A stretch of 62,375 nucleotides of DNA, the filler included, from Globobulimina sp. (Eukaryota), in the NCBI GenBank assembly GCA_003354225.1. It is 38 parts of 38 records of this genome, joined end to end, with 100 filler letters (N's around TTAATTAATTAA, not from the genome) between each part and the next. Parts side by side here need not be neighbours in the genome. Positions count along the whole stretch, not along the records: positions 9,871 to 11,415 come from PIVH01015021.1; positions 11,516 to 13,060 come from PIVH01015022.1; positions 13,161 to 14,705 come from PIVH01015023.1; positions 14,806 to 16,350 come from PIVH01015024.1; positions 16,451 to 17,995 come from PIVH01015025.1; positions 18,096 to 19,640 come from PIVH01015026.1; 32 more parts are not named here. The stretch is one strand, 5' to 3'. Below, piece after piece: positions 9,913 to 19,740 of the stretch. Numbering within the stretch: the stretch's first letter is position 1; every line of letters starts with the position of its first letter. The notes under the pieces were generated by a model that saw only the letters and a list, made by a program, of their open reading frames with translations, was not told where the DNA came from and ran no database searches. The position numbers were made by a program, and so were the translations under genes.

Positions 9913-11415
9913 ATGGTAATCTCACTTCTGGGAAATGGTCTATTAGTTTTCAAATGTATATTCCATCTGGAAAATCAGGTTACTTCAATTCAATGTCGGG
10001 CTTCACACCAAATCCATTCCAATCACCATTCCTTTAAATTCAGCACAGAAAATACGCCGACCTATGTTTTCGTTGGCGTCCCATTTGATGATTTAACAGA
10101 TGAAAACAAGCCGTATACAAATCTAATATTAGCATGCAACACATTGGTCATTAATGGTATGATCGCAAACGTATTGGAAACGTACTTCGAGGATGTCGTC
10201 GAGCAAGAAGCAATGCGTACAAATCGAACATCGAATTGCTATTATTGCCCATCGATGTATTGTCAAACACCCGGTAAATGCGCGCGATATGACAGTAAAT
10301 TGGCCGACGAGAAACAACATAGACGTTACCAGATGGTCCAGAATCACAAAGATGCCGCCTTCATCGACAAAGTATTAAAGAACATAAATAAAGCCAATAT
10401 CAAAGCAAAATGTGGTCATTTGACGTCGAAATGTGACGGATGCAGCCTTTCAAGACCTCAATACGAAGATGGGTACAAAGGAGCACCTTTTAATGGAAAT
10501 CCCCCAAATGAACAAACCCTCACATTATTTTACCACTCATTCGGAATTGCCTCAATTAAAGGTCTCACCGTCAATAATTTAGAAGTGAAATGGGAAGAAA
10601 TGTCGACAATGAATCAATTGGCGTTCACTTTCCATAAAGCGATCAAACAGAAATTCCATGATAATGATTTGGGCCATTTGCTATTTAATAAAGTCGTATT
10701 CATTAATGATGAGAATACCACCACAATATAATTCGCTTACTAATATTAATGGAAACACGGATGGCATTTTGCAATATATTGGCCCCATCCATGGCGATGC
10801 CAGCAAAACCAGCGCCGGATATTATTTTGAATCGACCAACTCGCAGCTGCTTGATTATATTACTGATGTTGTTGGGAAAAAAATTGACATTGCAGTATAA
10901 TGTGCAGATCAATGGCAAACCATTACGTATTAGAATTGAGAATAATATGCCACGTTATCATAAAGCAGCGTACGTTGCGTCGTCCAATGGCATCAACGCA
11001 TTGACATTTGGCACAAAGAAGACAGGCACTCATATGTGGATAAGAAATAAGTTTTGTATCTATTTAAATATGTCAGTATTTGAGCAGATGGACATCAATA
11101 ACCGCTATGCTGTCAACACCATCAATCTCGCGTATCTTTGGGATCGCTTAGGTTTCCTTGTTAAGGATCCGCAGTTAATTACCCTGAATTTGCGCAAACC
11201 GAGTCTGGAAGCAATCCGATCCTGGTTTTGTACCGTGCAAAATTCGTTGGTTACTGGCAACTTATTATCGTGCCATATATTATCGCCATATTTGTACAAA
11301 AAAGAGGTGGATTACGTGTTGGGACAGCTTTGCCCGGCAATCACGGATTTACACATCATCGGATATCCGCATCCACACAACATCCATTCCAATCACCATT
11401 CCTTTAAATTCAGCA
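9913..11415 (+). pseudogene. Fragmented or frameshifted hypothetical gene(s)
   Basis: Three overlapping protein-like + ORFs (9913, 10658, 10749) in different frames. A 34-bp exact repeat lies at 10012-10045 and 11382-11415. Confidence 0.4.
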
Positions 11416-11842
11416 NNNNNNNNNNNNNNNNNNNNNNNNNNNNNNNNNNNNNNNNNNNNTTAATTAATTAANNNNNNNNNNNNNNNNNNNNNNNNNNNNN
11501 NNNNNNNNNNNNNNNTGGAAACGATTTCCCCAACTATTTATGCTGTTTTCGGCTGTTCACTGGCCGAATTGTGTTTGACACTTAAAATTTCTTCGCCACG
11601 AGTACGGACTACAATTTTACGACTACAAATAATTATTTTATTTCATTATTATTCATTTCATTATTTCGAGAGTTGTACTGTAGGGCTGATAGGAAATGTT
11701 TGCTACAAAATAGCCGTAAAATTGTCCATTTTTAGTCATGACTACTGGTTTCGCGGGCGGTACTGTAAGCCAGGGGACACATAACCTTTGCTTTAGTAAG
11801 GTTGTTGTATAACATTTGATTACCATTTCTTTTCAGACAATT

Positions 11843-11995
11843 ATGTCGGATGAAATAAAGTTGGTTTGTGAACAAGTTACGGACAAATTGTTAGCTGATG
11901 TGGAAAATAAGGTACCAGAACCATTACCAGAGATCACTCCAGAGGAATACCAAAAGTATGAGGAAATCACCTCATCCGAGGACGAAGACGAAGAG
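11843..11995 (+). CDS. First coding exon of acidic hypothetical protein
   Basis: TTTTCAG acceptor at ~11830-11836, ATG at 11843, ...EDEDEE followed by gtacg donor. Confidence 0.45.
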
Positions 11996-12052
11996 GTACG
12001 ATTTATTGTACGAAATTTATGATTTTCCTAACGGTACTATACCAATATAATA

Positions 12053-13060
12053 TGAATGAATGAATTTATTCGTCATTGTTTAGGAGCCAAACAGCACATA
12101 GTTGCGCCTTTTAGGCAGACGTACAATAAAGCATAAATAAATTTGAAGTCAGAAAACTACTACACAAAGACAATAACAGACTAACATTCACATGTATGAC
12201 CAGCTGAGACAACAATTTGCTTAAAACCGTCAGACTGCAAGAAATTAACAAAATTTGAGTAGGTATATAGTGGTACATTCAAAGGTAACAAATTCCAATA
12301 TTTAATACTTTCACATAAAAACAAGCAATCAAAATTTGCAGAGAATCTAATTTGTTCAACATAGGCAGAGTGCTTATTGCGAGTACTACGACGACAAAGA
12401 CTAACATCAAATATTTCTGGTGTTGCAAAATATCTACGTTTATGGTAATATGAATAAAATAACAAAACTTTCATCTTTGCTGCTAGTAACCAGAGAGGAG
12501 GAAACCAGCTACCACTCACATTTTCAAAACGATCTAATAACTCAATATATGGTGACATATAATCATTGAAATAAACACGAATAAAGTAACGTTGTATGCG
12601 CTCAAATTTGCTCATAGAGCTCTTAAACTTTGGGTAACATATCTCCCATGCATAGACTAGTTGAGGAATAATACATACATTATATATTTTAGATAAGACA
12701 GTTTTAGGTGCACCACCACGATAGAGTCGAATAATCGCACCCAGAGCCATTTTAGCTCGCGAAACAACACGATCGGTGTGCTGGGAGAAAGATAAACGAT
12801 TGTCAACTATAACTCCTAAGTATTTATAACACGTTACACGCTCCAGACAATCATTTCTCAAGAAGATATCACTTTGTAAGGTATGTTGGGAGGAGTGGGA
12901 GCCAAAAACGGTATATTTAGTTTTACTTGGGTTTAGTTTTAGTAGTAGGGAGGAAGTTTTTAAATAGAAAAGGTTGATATCGTCCTGGAGATCTGATAAG
13001 TCTGTAGCATTTGAAATAGGTTTGACAAGGGCAGCATCATCTGCATAAAGAAACAATTTC
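12053..13060 (-). mobile_element. 3' end of non-LTR retrotransposon (CR1/L2/Jockey-group), RT C-terminus 12181-13060
   Basis: LYADD, LKLNPSKTK, YKYLGVIVDNRLSFSQH, ERIQR and WNLLP motifs. The 3' UTR has a GCCT/AGGC hairpin, AATAAA and an (ATTC)n tail. Confidence 0.9.
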
Positions 13061-13170
13061 NNNNNNNNNNNNNNNNNNNNNNNNNNNNNNNNNNNNNNNN
13101 NNNNTTAATTAATTAANNNNNNNNNNNNNNNNNNNNNNNNNNNNNNNNNNNNNNNNNNNNTTCAACGTTT

Positions 13171-13322
13171 AACGATGAGTTTTGATACATATCGATCAAT
13201 ATAAAGTTTGCATTGGGTTTGCAAAAAAACAATTGCAAATGTACAGTTTGTATTCACTTTGCAAACCCAATGCAAATTTTCTTTGCATATTAAAATCGTA
13301 TACAAAATATCGACTCGTCGTT
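13171..13322. repeat. Nested inverted repeat / fold-back element
   Basis: Perfect 19-bp IR TTTGCATTGGGTTTGCAAA (13207-13225 / 13258-13276). Outer 10-bp IR with 1 mismatch (13171-13180 / 13313-13322). Confidence 0.65.
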
Positions 13323-13412
13323 TAGTTATTTTTTCTCAGTTTAGGTTTTGTATTTTTTCTTGATAATCAATATAATCATCATGGATGGTTTTAAATATAA
13401 TGCAAGATTCAC

Positions 13413-13525
13413 TTAACTTTTTTGGCTTAACGATATATTCAAATAGATAACCCCGCTGTATACCGAATATTTCCCTTACGTTTCCAACAAACGTGAACCG
13501 AGAGTAAGTAAGCCAAAAAAGTTAA
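13413..13525. mobile_element. TTAA-flanked MITE (piggyBac-like)
   Basis: TTAA-CTTTTTTGGCTTA...TAAGCCAAAAAAG-TTAA, a perfect 17-bp IR including TTAA. Confidence 0.6.
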
Positions 13526-13600
13526 TTTTGCTTTAACGTTCAGCTTAATATAATTAAAAATATTGCTTAAAATTAAAAAGTCTGCTTTATTTGACAATGA

Positions 13601-14326
13601 TTAGTCATATTCCCAAACTGTGTTATTGGAGACAATAGTGACTGATGTTTGATTCCAAAATATGCATAATGCCAATCTATATTTAATATGCTGTCCATCT
13701 CCATCTTTATGTTTTATATTTCTGTATAATATGGTTTTATTATTTGAATTATGATTTCTATAACATTCCAATTGCAAATCTTTTAAATTCACTATAAATG
13801 TAAATATATCACCCTCTTTGGATGCATCTCCGACGTTGTTTTCAATTCCTCCATCAATGGACAGTGTACAGCCTGCTTCAGCTTCATCATTATTGACACG
13901 AATCCAATACGAATGCTGCGCACAAAAATCTTTGTTCATGTCTTGATGATGATGGTTGGAAACAATACCAATCGAAACACCATTATTATTATCAACATTG
14001 CATTGATTCAATTTTATATCCCATGAAAATATATTTTTATACTTAGTATCCATCCGTTGTTTGCCATACACTGAATTCTCCCAAAACGACCCAACTTTAG
14101 TGAATGTATCATTGTATGAACCAGATACTTTTAAACAAGTTGGTGAATCCTCAAAAATGTCAGCGATGAAGTAAAATAATAGACATTTATATGCGATTAA
14201 ATCTGGAATCACGTAATTTACGTTCGTTTCCTTGTTCAGATCATCTTGCGATTCACGGATAAATGCAAATATTAGCTTCTTCGTTTCAACATCAATTTGC
14301 CTGATGAGCTCGAAATTCAATGACAT
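13601..14326 (-). CDS. SPRY-like beta-sandwich protein with conserved N-terminal helical motif
   Basis: LIFAFIRE...IPDLIAYKCLLFY, FSWDIKL, VSIGIV, EGDIFTFIVNL, KYRLAL. Complete 241 aa. Confidence 0.7.
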   Translation of the reverse strand: MSLNFELIRQIDVETKKLIFAFIRESQDDLNKETNVNYVIPDLIAYKCLLFYFIADIFEDSPTCLKVSGSYNDTFTKVGSFWENSVYGKQRMDTKYKNIFSWDIKLNQCNVDNNNGVSIGIVSNHHHQDMNKDFCAQHSYWIRVNNDEAEAGCTLSIDGGIENNVGDASKEGDIFTFIVNLKDLQLECYRNHNSNNKTILYRNIKHKDGDGQHIKYRLALCIFWNQTSVTIVSNNTVWEYD

Positions 14327-14404
14327 GTTTTATTAAAAAAACAGTGTGTCTGTGAAAACCTTTTAATTATACATTTGTTATAACTTTGGTTCAAAATTCG
14401 CCAA

Positions 14405-14705
14405 TTAAACATTCATATTTATGAAACCCGTCATATGCAAATATAATTTAGGTTTCAGTATTTGTTTACATAACATCACCAATGCTTGATGGCTAGTTGA
14501 TGCACATTTATAACTGTCTCTATATCTATTCGTTGGCACATATTTATTTATCTCATTCTTCCAAAAACTGATATTTTTAATGGATTCATTATTTGTAACA
14601 TCATACACCAACATCACTCCATGCACATTACGATAATACGCACTCGTTATCGTTCTGAATGGACTGAAATATGCGTCTGGTATTCCCAAATATGCAGTCT
14701 TATTT
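14405..14705 (-). pseudogene. Rab-family small GTPase pseudogene
   Basis: FRTITSAYYRNVHGVMLVYDVTNNES is Rab-like. The LHIW (G3 region) is in another frame and the NKxD motif is lost. Confidence 0.75.
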
Positions 14706-14805
14706 NNNNNNNNNNNNNNNNNNNNNNNNNNNNNNNNNNNNNNNNNNNNTTAATTAATTAANNNNNNNNNNNNNNNNNNNNNNNNNNNNNNNNNNNNNNN
14801 NNNNN

Positions 14806-16350
14806 GAGGAACTCAGCAAACAAATACAGATATCATCAGCAGAACGAAGAAATACAGATAATGTATTACATAATAATGTAAAGTCTTTATTTGAAGTAGG
14901 ACAACGAGTGGAAGCTTCTGATTTGGATCGTGGTCAATGGAGATGGTATAAAGCAATAATTAAAGAAATTGATCAACGGAGAAATATGGTTAAAATTGTA
15001 TGGTTAAATGACAAATGGGCGCCCGCTGCAAAACGGGATAAATGGTTCGGAGGTTATGATATCAAGAAAAGAATTCGAAATCCAAACACTAAACAACCAT
15101 ATACAAACACATCAGACACAGAAATAACAGAAACAAATCGTAAGCACAGAAGTGCAGATTTTTTAGATCCATATGCATTTATTACGACGGGATGTATTAC
15201 ATATTATCCAACGCATGCAAATGATGTGTCAACGTGGGACATGAAAATTGTAATCAGATGGATCCAAATATTACGAAAAACCATTGAAGGTACAAACAAG
15301 ACGCAGACAAACAACATGCTCAAAGTTATTCGACAAAAGAGAATCACCGGCAAACACTTAGCAAAAGCTACCAATTTCATACAATTATTATCATTATTCA
15401 ACGACCAAATTACTGAGCGCACAGCAAAGATTTTACGAAAATATTTGACTGCGGAAAAGAATGCATTTGCACAAAAACAATGGTCAGAAAAGTACATTGA
15501 AACTGGCAAATGGACGCCCAAAACAGGTGAGAAAATTAAATGTGTCGATGCAAATCCAAAAATAGTTGCAAAATCATACGACGCCATCATACAACAGACC
15601 AAACCACAGGCAATACAGATACAATATGATGGTTATAAAAATGTTGAATGGGTTAAAAAATCAGAATGGGCCAAACGGATTACAATCATCGACGTTGGAA
15701 ATGAACCAAAAACATTTTGTGACACAAAAGTGATCACAGAAGAAGCAAATCACAGAAGTGCAAAAGTAACATTAGCATCGCATCAGAAGAATTCCGGCCC
15801 ATTTCATGTGTCGACATGGACAACAAATATGATTATCCATTGGATCGAGTCCATGCAACAAGATACGAAAGAGTGGCAAGGCATGGTTCAGACAGATTGT
15901 ATGATAAAAGTAATCAAACAAAATAAAATTAGTGGTAAAGCATTGAGTGAATGTGCTACTTTGTCCCGAATATTACAATTATTTGGCAGTCAGATTTCTG
16001 GTCAAACTGCGCTGTTTTTGCTAAAGATATTAAATATTGAAAAAAGCGCATGGTGTGGACGAGAAATAAGTGGATGGGAACCAAGAGTAGGTGAGAAAAT
16101 AAGATGTGTTGATACTAGATTTGAACCTGAATCATATGAAGCGACAATAGCACAAGTTCGACAATATAAAATTTTGGTTCATTATGATGGCTATCCAGAG
16201 AGTAATGATCAATGGGTACCAATCGATGAATGGGTATATCGGATTAGTGTATATATGGCACCGTTTGCAAATAAATTATTGTGTTTATGGAGTGCTGAAG
16301 ATGTGACGAATAGGATTGACGCGATGCAAATCAATGTTGATCCAAAATAT
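14806..16350 (+). CDS. Protein with alternating Tudor/chromo-barrel-like and SAM-like domains, partial
   Basis: Open across the whole contig. VGQRVEA..WYKAII, IQIQYDGY..EWV, ILVHYDGYPESNDQWVP alternate with VSTW..VIRWI..IRQKRITGKHL-type units. Confidence 0.7.
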
Positions 16351-16450
16351 NNNNNNNNNNNNNNNNNNNNNNNNNNNNNNNNNNNNNNNNNNNNTTAATT
16401 AATTAANNNNNNNNNNNNNNNNNNNNNNNNNNNNNNNNNNNNNNNNNNNN

Positions 16451-16585
16451 TTTGTTGAGATATTTATTAAATGGACAATCAAACCCTGCCCCGCATTCTA
16501 TATCACTATCTGGAGTGGCCTTTCCTCCTTGGCGACAATATGTGCTACAAAAATAGGTTATATCGTGGACAATTGCTTCAATCAT
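16451..16585 (-). CDS. Small Cys-rich phage hypothetical protein, 3'-partial
   Basis: Start overlaps the ligase stop by 8 bp. GGAG upstream. CxxxC...CxxxxxC. Confidence 0.55.
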
Positions 16586-17477
16586 CTATATTCTCCCTTA
16601 GCAGTTTGGCCTTATACCATTCGGCTAATCCCTTGACAATGCCAGATTGAAAGGTTTTTCCAAAGTGGCTCCACATCTTTTTAGTAATTTCTTCGTAGCA
16701 TTCGTCTTTAACATCTCGCTTGACTTCTTTGATTAGATTTCCTATATCTCTTGGGCTTCCTTCTAGGCAACCACTCTCTTTGAGGTGCTGCACCGCCTTA
16801 GCCCAGCGTGCTTGTGTTTTATATTCGCTAATTAATAGCCCTATGAAATCTTTTCCGCTTGGGTTTCTATCCTTCCAATCCTTTCCATGTATTTCTTTGA
16901 ATTTTTCGCTAACATATTTAGCAATAAGGATTTTAGAATCTCTTCCAAAAAGGGAGTAATTTTTTAATACTACTCCTTCGATTTTGCTACCACCTAGAAA
17001 AGATTCTTTATCCAAATAACCTAATATTTCTTCGGCAGTTAATCTATCTCCTAGTGCTATTACAGGAACACAATCTATTCCTAATCTTAAGGCCTCTACT
17101 AGTTTTTCTCCAGGTGCAACAAATTTTTGAATACCATATTCAATGTCAAATAATGCCAAGGTCTTTAGTGGAACCCTAGAATAGCATATTGTGTTATGTT
17201 TAGGTTTTCTCAAGTATTCACACCTATAAGTCCATCCTAAATTTAGCCTTTCCTTGAGGCTTTTGGCAGTGTTAACGGCTTCAATAAACATCTTATCAGG
17301 GTTGTCTATATCAATCATTTGACCCTTAGAGCGGCAATGTAGATTACCATCAGCATCATTCATCATAGAAAATTGGGAACCGTCAACCTTTTCTTCTATT
17401 AGCACTAAACCACTGGCAAATATATTACTAACCAGTGGATGCCCAAATTGTTTAATGCTGGGATATGAATTAATCAT
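16578..17477 (-). CDS. ATP-dependent RNA ligase, Rnl2-like (phage)
   Basis: Motifs I EEKVDGSQFS, III RCEYL, IIIa LFDI, IV IEGVVLK, V AKYVSEKFKE. C-terminal ARWAKAVQHL..PRDIGNLIKEVKRDVKDE resembles the Rnl2 C-domain. SD GGGAGG. Confidence 0.85.
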   Translation of the reverse strand: MINSYPSIKQFGHPLVSNIFASGLVLIEEKVDGSQFSMMNDADGNLHCRSKGQMIDIDNPDKMFIEAVNTAKSLKERLNLGWTYRCEYLRKPKHNTICYSRVPLKTLALFDIEYGIQKFVAPGEKLVEALRLGIDCVPVIALGDRLTAEEILGYLDKESFLGGSKIEGVVLKNYSLFGRDSKILIAKYVSEKFKEIHGKDWKDRNPSGKDFIGLLISEYKTQARWAKAVQHLKESGCLEGSPRDIGNLIKEVKRDVKDECYEEITKKMWSHFGKTFQSGIVKGLAEWYKAKLLRENIDD

Positions 17478-17480
17478 TAA

Positions 17481-17490
17481 TAACCTCCCT
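17481..17490 (-). promoter_or_regulatory. Shine-Dalgarno site for RNA ligase
   Basis: AGGGAGGTTATTA-ATG on the minus strand. Confidence 0.8.
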
Positions 17491-17499
17491 TATTGTCTA

Positions 17500-17913
17500 C
17501 TAAAATGGTATACTATCGTCGTCTAGATTTTCCATCTCATTATCTTGTGGTGGCTCTTGTTGCGATTCATAGGTACCTTGCCCCTTTCCACCCAGGAATT
17601 GTACTCTTTCGGCTACTATCTCAGTAGTCCAACGCTTATTACCGTCCTTATCATCCCATTGCCTTGTTTGTAGCCTTCCTTCGATGTAGCATTGCCTACC
17701 CTTTGCAAGATACTCCTTGCAGCTCTCACCCTGTTTACCCCATACGACAACTCTATGCCACTGAGTATCCTCTCCGCTGGTACCATCTGCTTTCTTGAAT
17801 TTTCGGCTGGTAGCTATTCGCAATTCGCAAACTGCGTTGCCAGAGTTGGTATATTTTAATTCTGGGTCTGCTCCAAGGTTTCCAATTAGTATTGCTTTAT
17901 TTACACCTGACAT
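17500..17913 (-). CDS. ssb: Single-stranded DNA-binding protein
   Basis: MSGVNKAILIGNLGADPE...WHRVVVWG...IEGRLQTRQW...DDDSIPF. SD AGGAG at 17920-17924. TAATG overlap with upstream ORF. Confidence 0.97.
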   Translation of the reverse strand: MSGVNKAILIGNLGADPELKYTNSGNAVCELRIATSRKFKKADGTSGEDTQWHRVVVWGKQGESCKEYLAKGRQCYIEGRLQTRQWDDKDGNKRWTTEIVAERVQFLGGKGQGTYESQQEPPQDNEMENLDDDSIPF

Positions 17914-17995
17914 TATTTTCTCCTTATTCTTAATCTTTGTGAACATGTACCATCGCCAGAGCCATAGCCAGAGCCATCGCCATAGCCATAGCCAG
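17913..17995 (-). CDS. C-terminus of Gly-X (GYGYGDGSG) repeat protein
   Basis: GYGYGDGSGYGSGDGTCSQRLRIRRK*. Its TAA shares a base with the ssb ATG. Confidence 0.7.
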
Positions 17996-18208
17996 NNNNN
18001 NNNNNNNNNNNNNNNNNNNNNNNNNNNNNNNNNNNNNNNTTAATTAATTAANNNNNNNNNNNNNNNNNNNNNNNNNNNNNNNNNNNNNNNNNNNNTTCCA
18101 CCACCGTTCAATATTTTCATTCCTGCATTAGATGCCATCGTTTTAGCGTATATATGAGAAAAAAAACCAAAGTGACAATGCGTGACCGTTTTGTTCGTGA
18201 CTTTATAA

Positions 18209-19501
18209 AAATGCAAATTAATAAAACTTGTACGGGAAATAATCGAGAAAAAAAAAATAGATTCGATTCTCAAAAAAGGATTTGCGAATGGCCCAAACCA
18301 CCAAAGGTATCTCGATATTATCGCATCGATTGAGAGAGTGATAAACGACCATAATTTGCCAATGTTTGTGCATATATTCCAACCTTTGCGCACACAAAAA
18401 GCATTTTTGAATAAAATGAGTGCGTATTTGAGTGAGGAATTGATTGACAATTTGGAATCGAACAATCACAAATGCAATTTGGCTGCCATTTTTCAGGATT
18501 TGAGCAAGGTTTTTGTCAAAGTACCACAGCGCGTCAATGTCGACGATATTATCAGCGAGTTTTTGCTTTATTTTGTGCCCTCTCAGTTTATACATTCTTT
18601 TCATAAAAGTACACAGTGCATCTTAGCACAACGATACGATAATAATAATCAAAAAATCCGAAAATGTCCAAAGGAAATACAAAAACAGATATGCATAGCC
18701 AAAACCAAAGAATTGACAGACGACTCAGCCCAAAAAGATATCAAAGAATTGAAAGAAGTAACGCACAGAGACCAAAAGACGCTGAAGGAATCTGTCTATT
18801 CTCAATTGCAAAAACAGTCTAATCAAACTCAGAGAATCGAAGAGAAAATCGATGATTTTGTGCAGAATATTAATAATAATAAAATGAATGTAAAGAATAG
18901 CAGAATAAAAAGCGAAGAAAAGATAGTCCAAACCAAAATAGAAAATGAAAATGAAAAAAATAAAAATATTATTTCCGACGATCCATATTTGACATTCATC
19001 AATGATTGTTTCGATAAATTTGAGGCGAACAACACAGACAAAATATCCTTGGATTCGATTCCTAAAATCTTAGAAATGTTAGATATGACAGGCAACAAAA
19101 GAGAGACAATAATGCGTGCGTTCGCTGATATGTGTCAGTTTACTGAGTCTGAGATCTATCGCCAGCAATATTTGAGTGTATTATTGCACACCAAAGGGAA
19201 AGATTTCGGAGAAGAGACACTAAAGCCATTGCCTCCCACTCCTCCTCACTCATCACAGACTAATAATAAAAAGACTGAAAATGAAAATTCAAAGCAAATA
19301 ATGCCGACCATTTCGGAATTATTCCAAAACAAAGACAGTATCCATGCGTGGGCAATGAAGAAAGGCGACACATTTTTCAAAGCAAATAAGAAAAGATTGA
19401 TTATATTATGTGAGAATGTCCTGTATTGGTGTGTGAGTGAGACTAATAAATACCCAAATGCGGCAGAATATGTCGCATCATTCAATGCCGAAAAATATTG
19501 A
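18209..19501 (+). CDS. Protein with coiled coil, EF-hand-like and truncated PH domain; no ATG at 5' end, likely chimeric at ~19460
   Basis: CFDKFEANNTDKISLDSI is EF-like. IHAWAMKKGDTFFKANKKRLIILCENVLYW matches PH strands 1-3, then the frame switches. Confidence 0.65.
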   Translation, partial: KCKLIKLVREIIEKKKIDSILKKGFANGPNHQRYLDIIASIERVINDHNLPMFVHIFQPLRTQKAFLNKMSAYLSEELIDNLESNNHKCNLAAIFQDLSKVFVKVPQRVNVDDIISEFLLYFVPSQFIHSFHKSTQCILAQRYDNNNQKIRKCPKEIQKQICIAKTKELTDDSAQKDIKELKEVTHRDQKTLKESVYSQLQKQSNQTQRIEEKIDDFVQNINNNKMNVKNSRIKSEEKIVQTKIENENEKNKNIISDDPYLTFINDCFDKFEANNTDKISLDSIPKILEMLDMTGNKRETIMRAFADMCQFTESEIYRQQYLSVLLHTKGKDFGEETLKPLPPTPPHSSQTNNKKTENENSKQIMPTISELFQNKDSIHAWAMKKGDTFFKANKKRLIILCENVLYWCVSETNKYPNAAEYVASFNAEKY

Positions 19502-19740
19502 GACAAAGGTTGACGACGATGAGAAAAAGAGCAAAGCAAAACCGAAGTGTTTTTTTGTTGGTTCAGTGTTGGTGTTTAATGAAAGCAAATACGAGGAATT
19601 ACCTGCCATTCCAACCTGGCAACCACACGTTGTAATGAGTNNNNNNNNNNNNNNNNNNNNNNNNNNNNNNNNNNNNNNNNNNNNTTAATTAATTAANNNN
19701 NNNNNNNNNNNNNNNNNNNNNNNNNNNNNNNNNNNNNNNN

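Noticed and set aside
12181-17913. RT + RNA ligase + SSB as a single retron-like or repair system
   Set aside because: They lie on different contigs separated by artificial spacers and come from different organisms.
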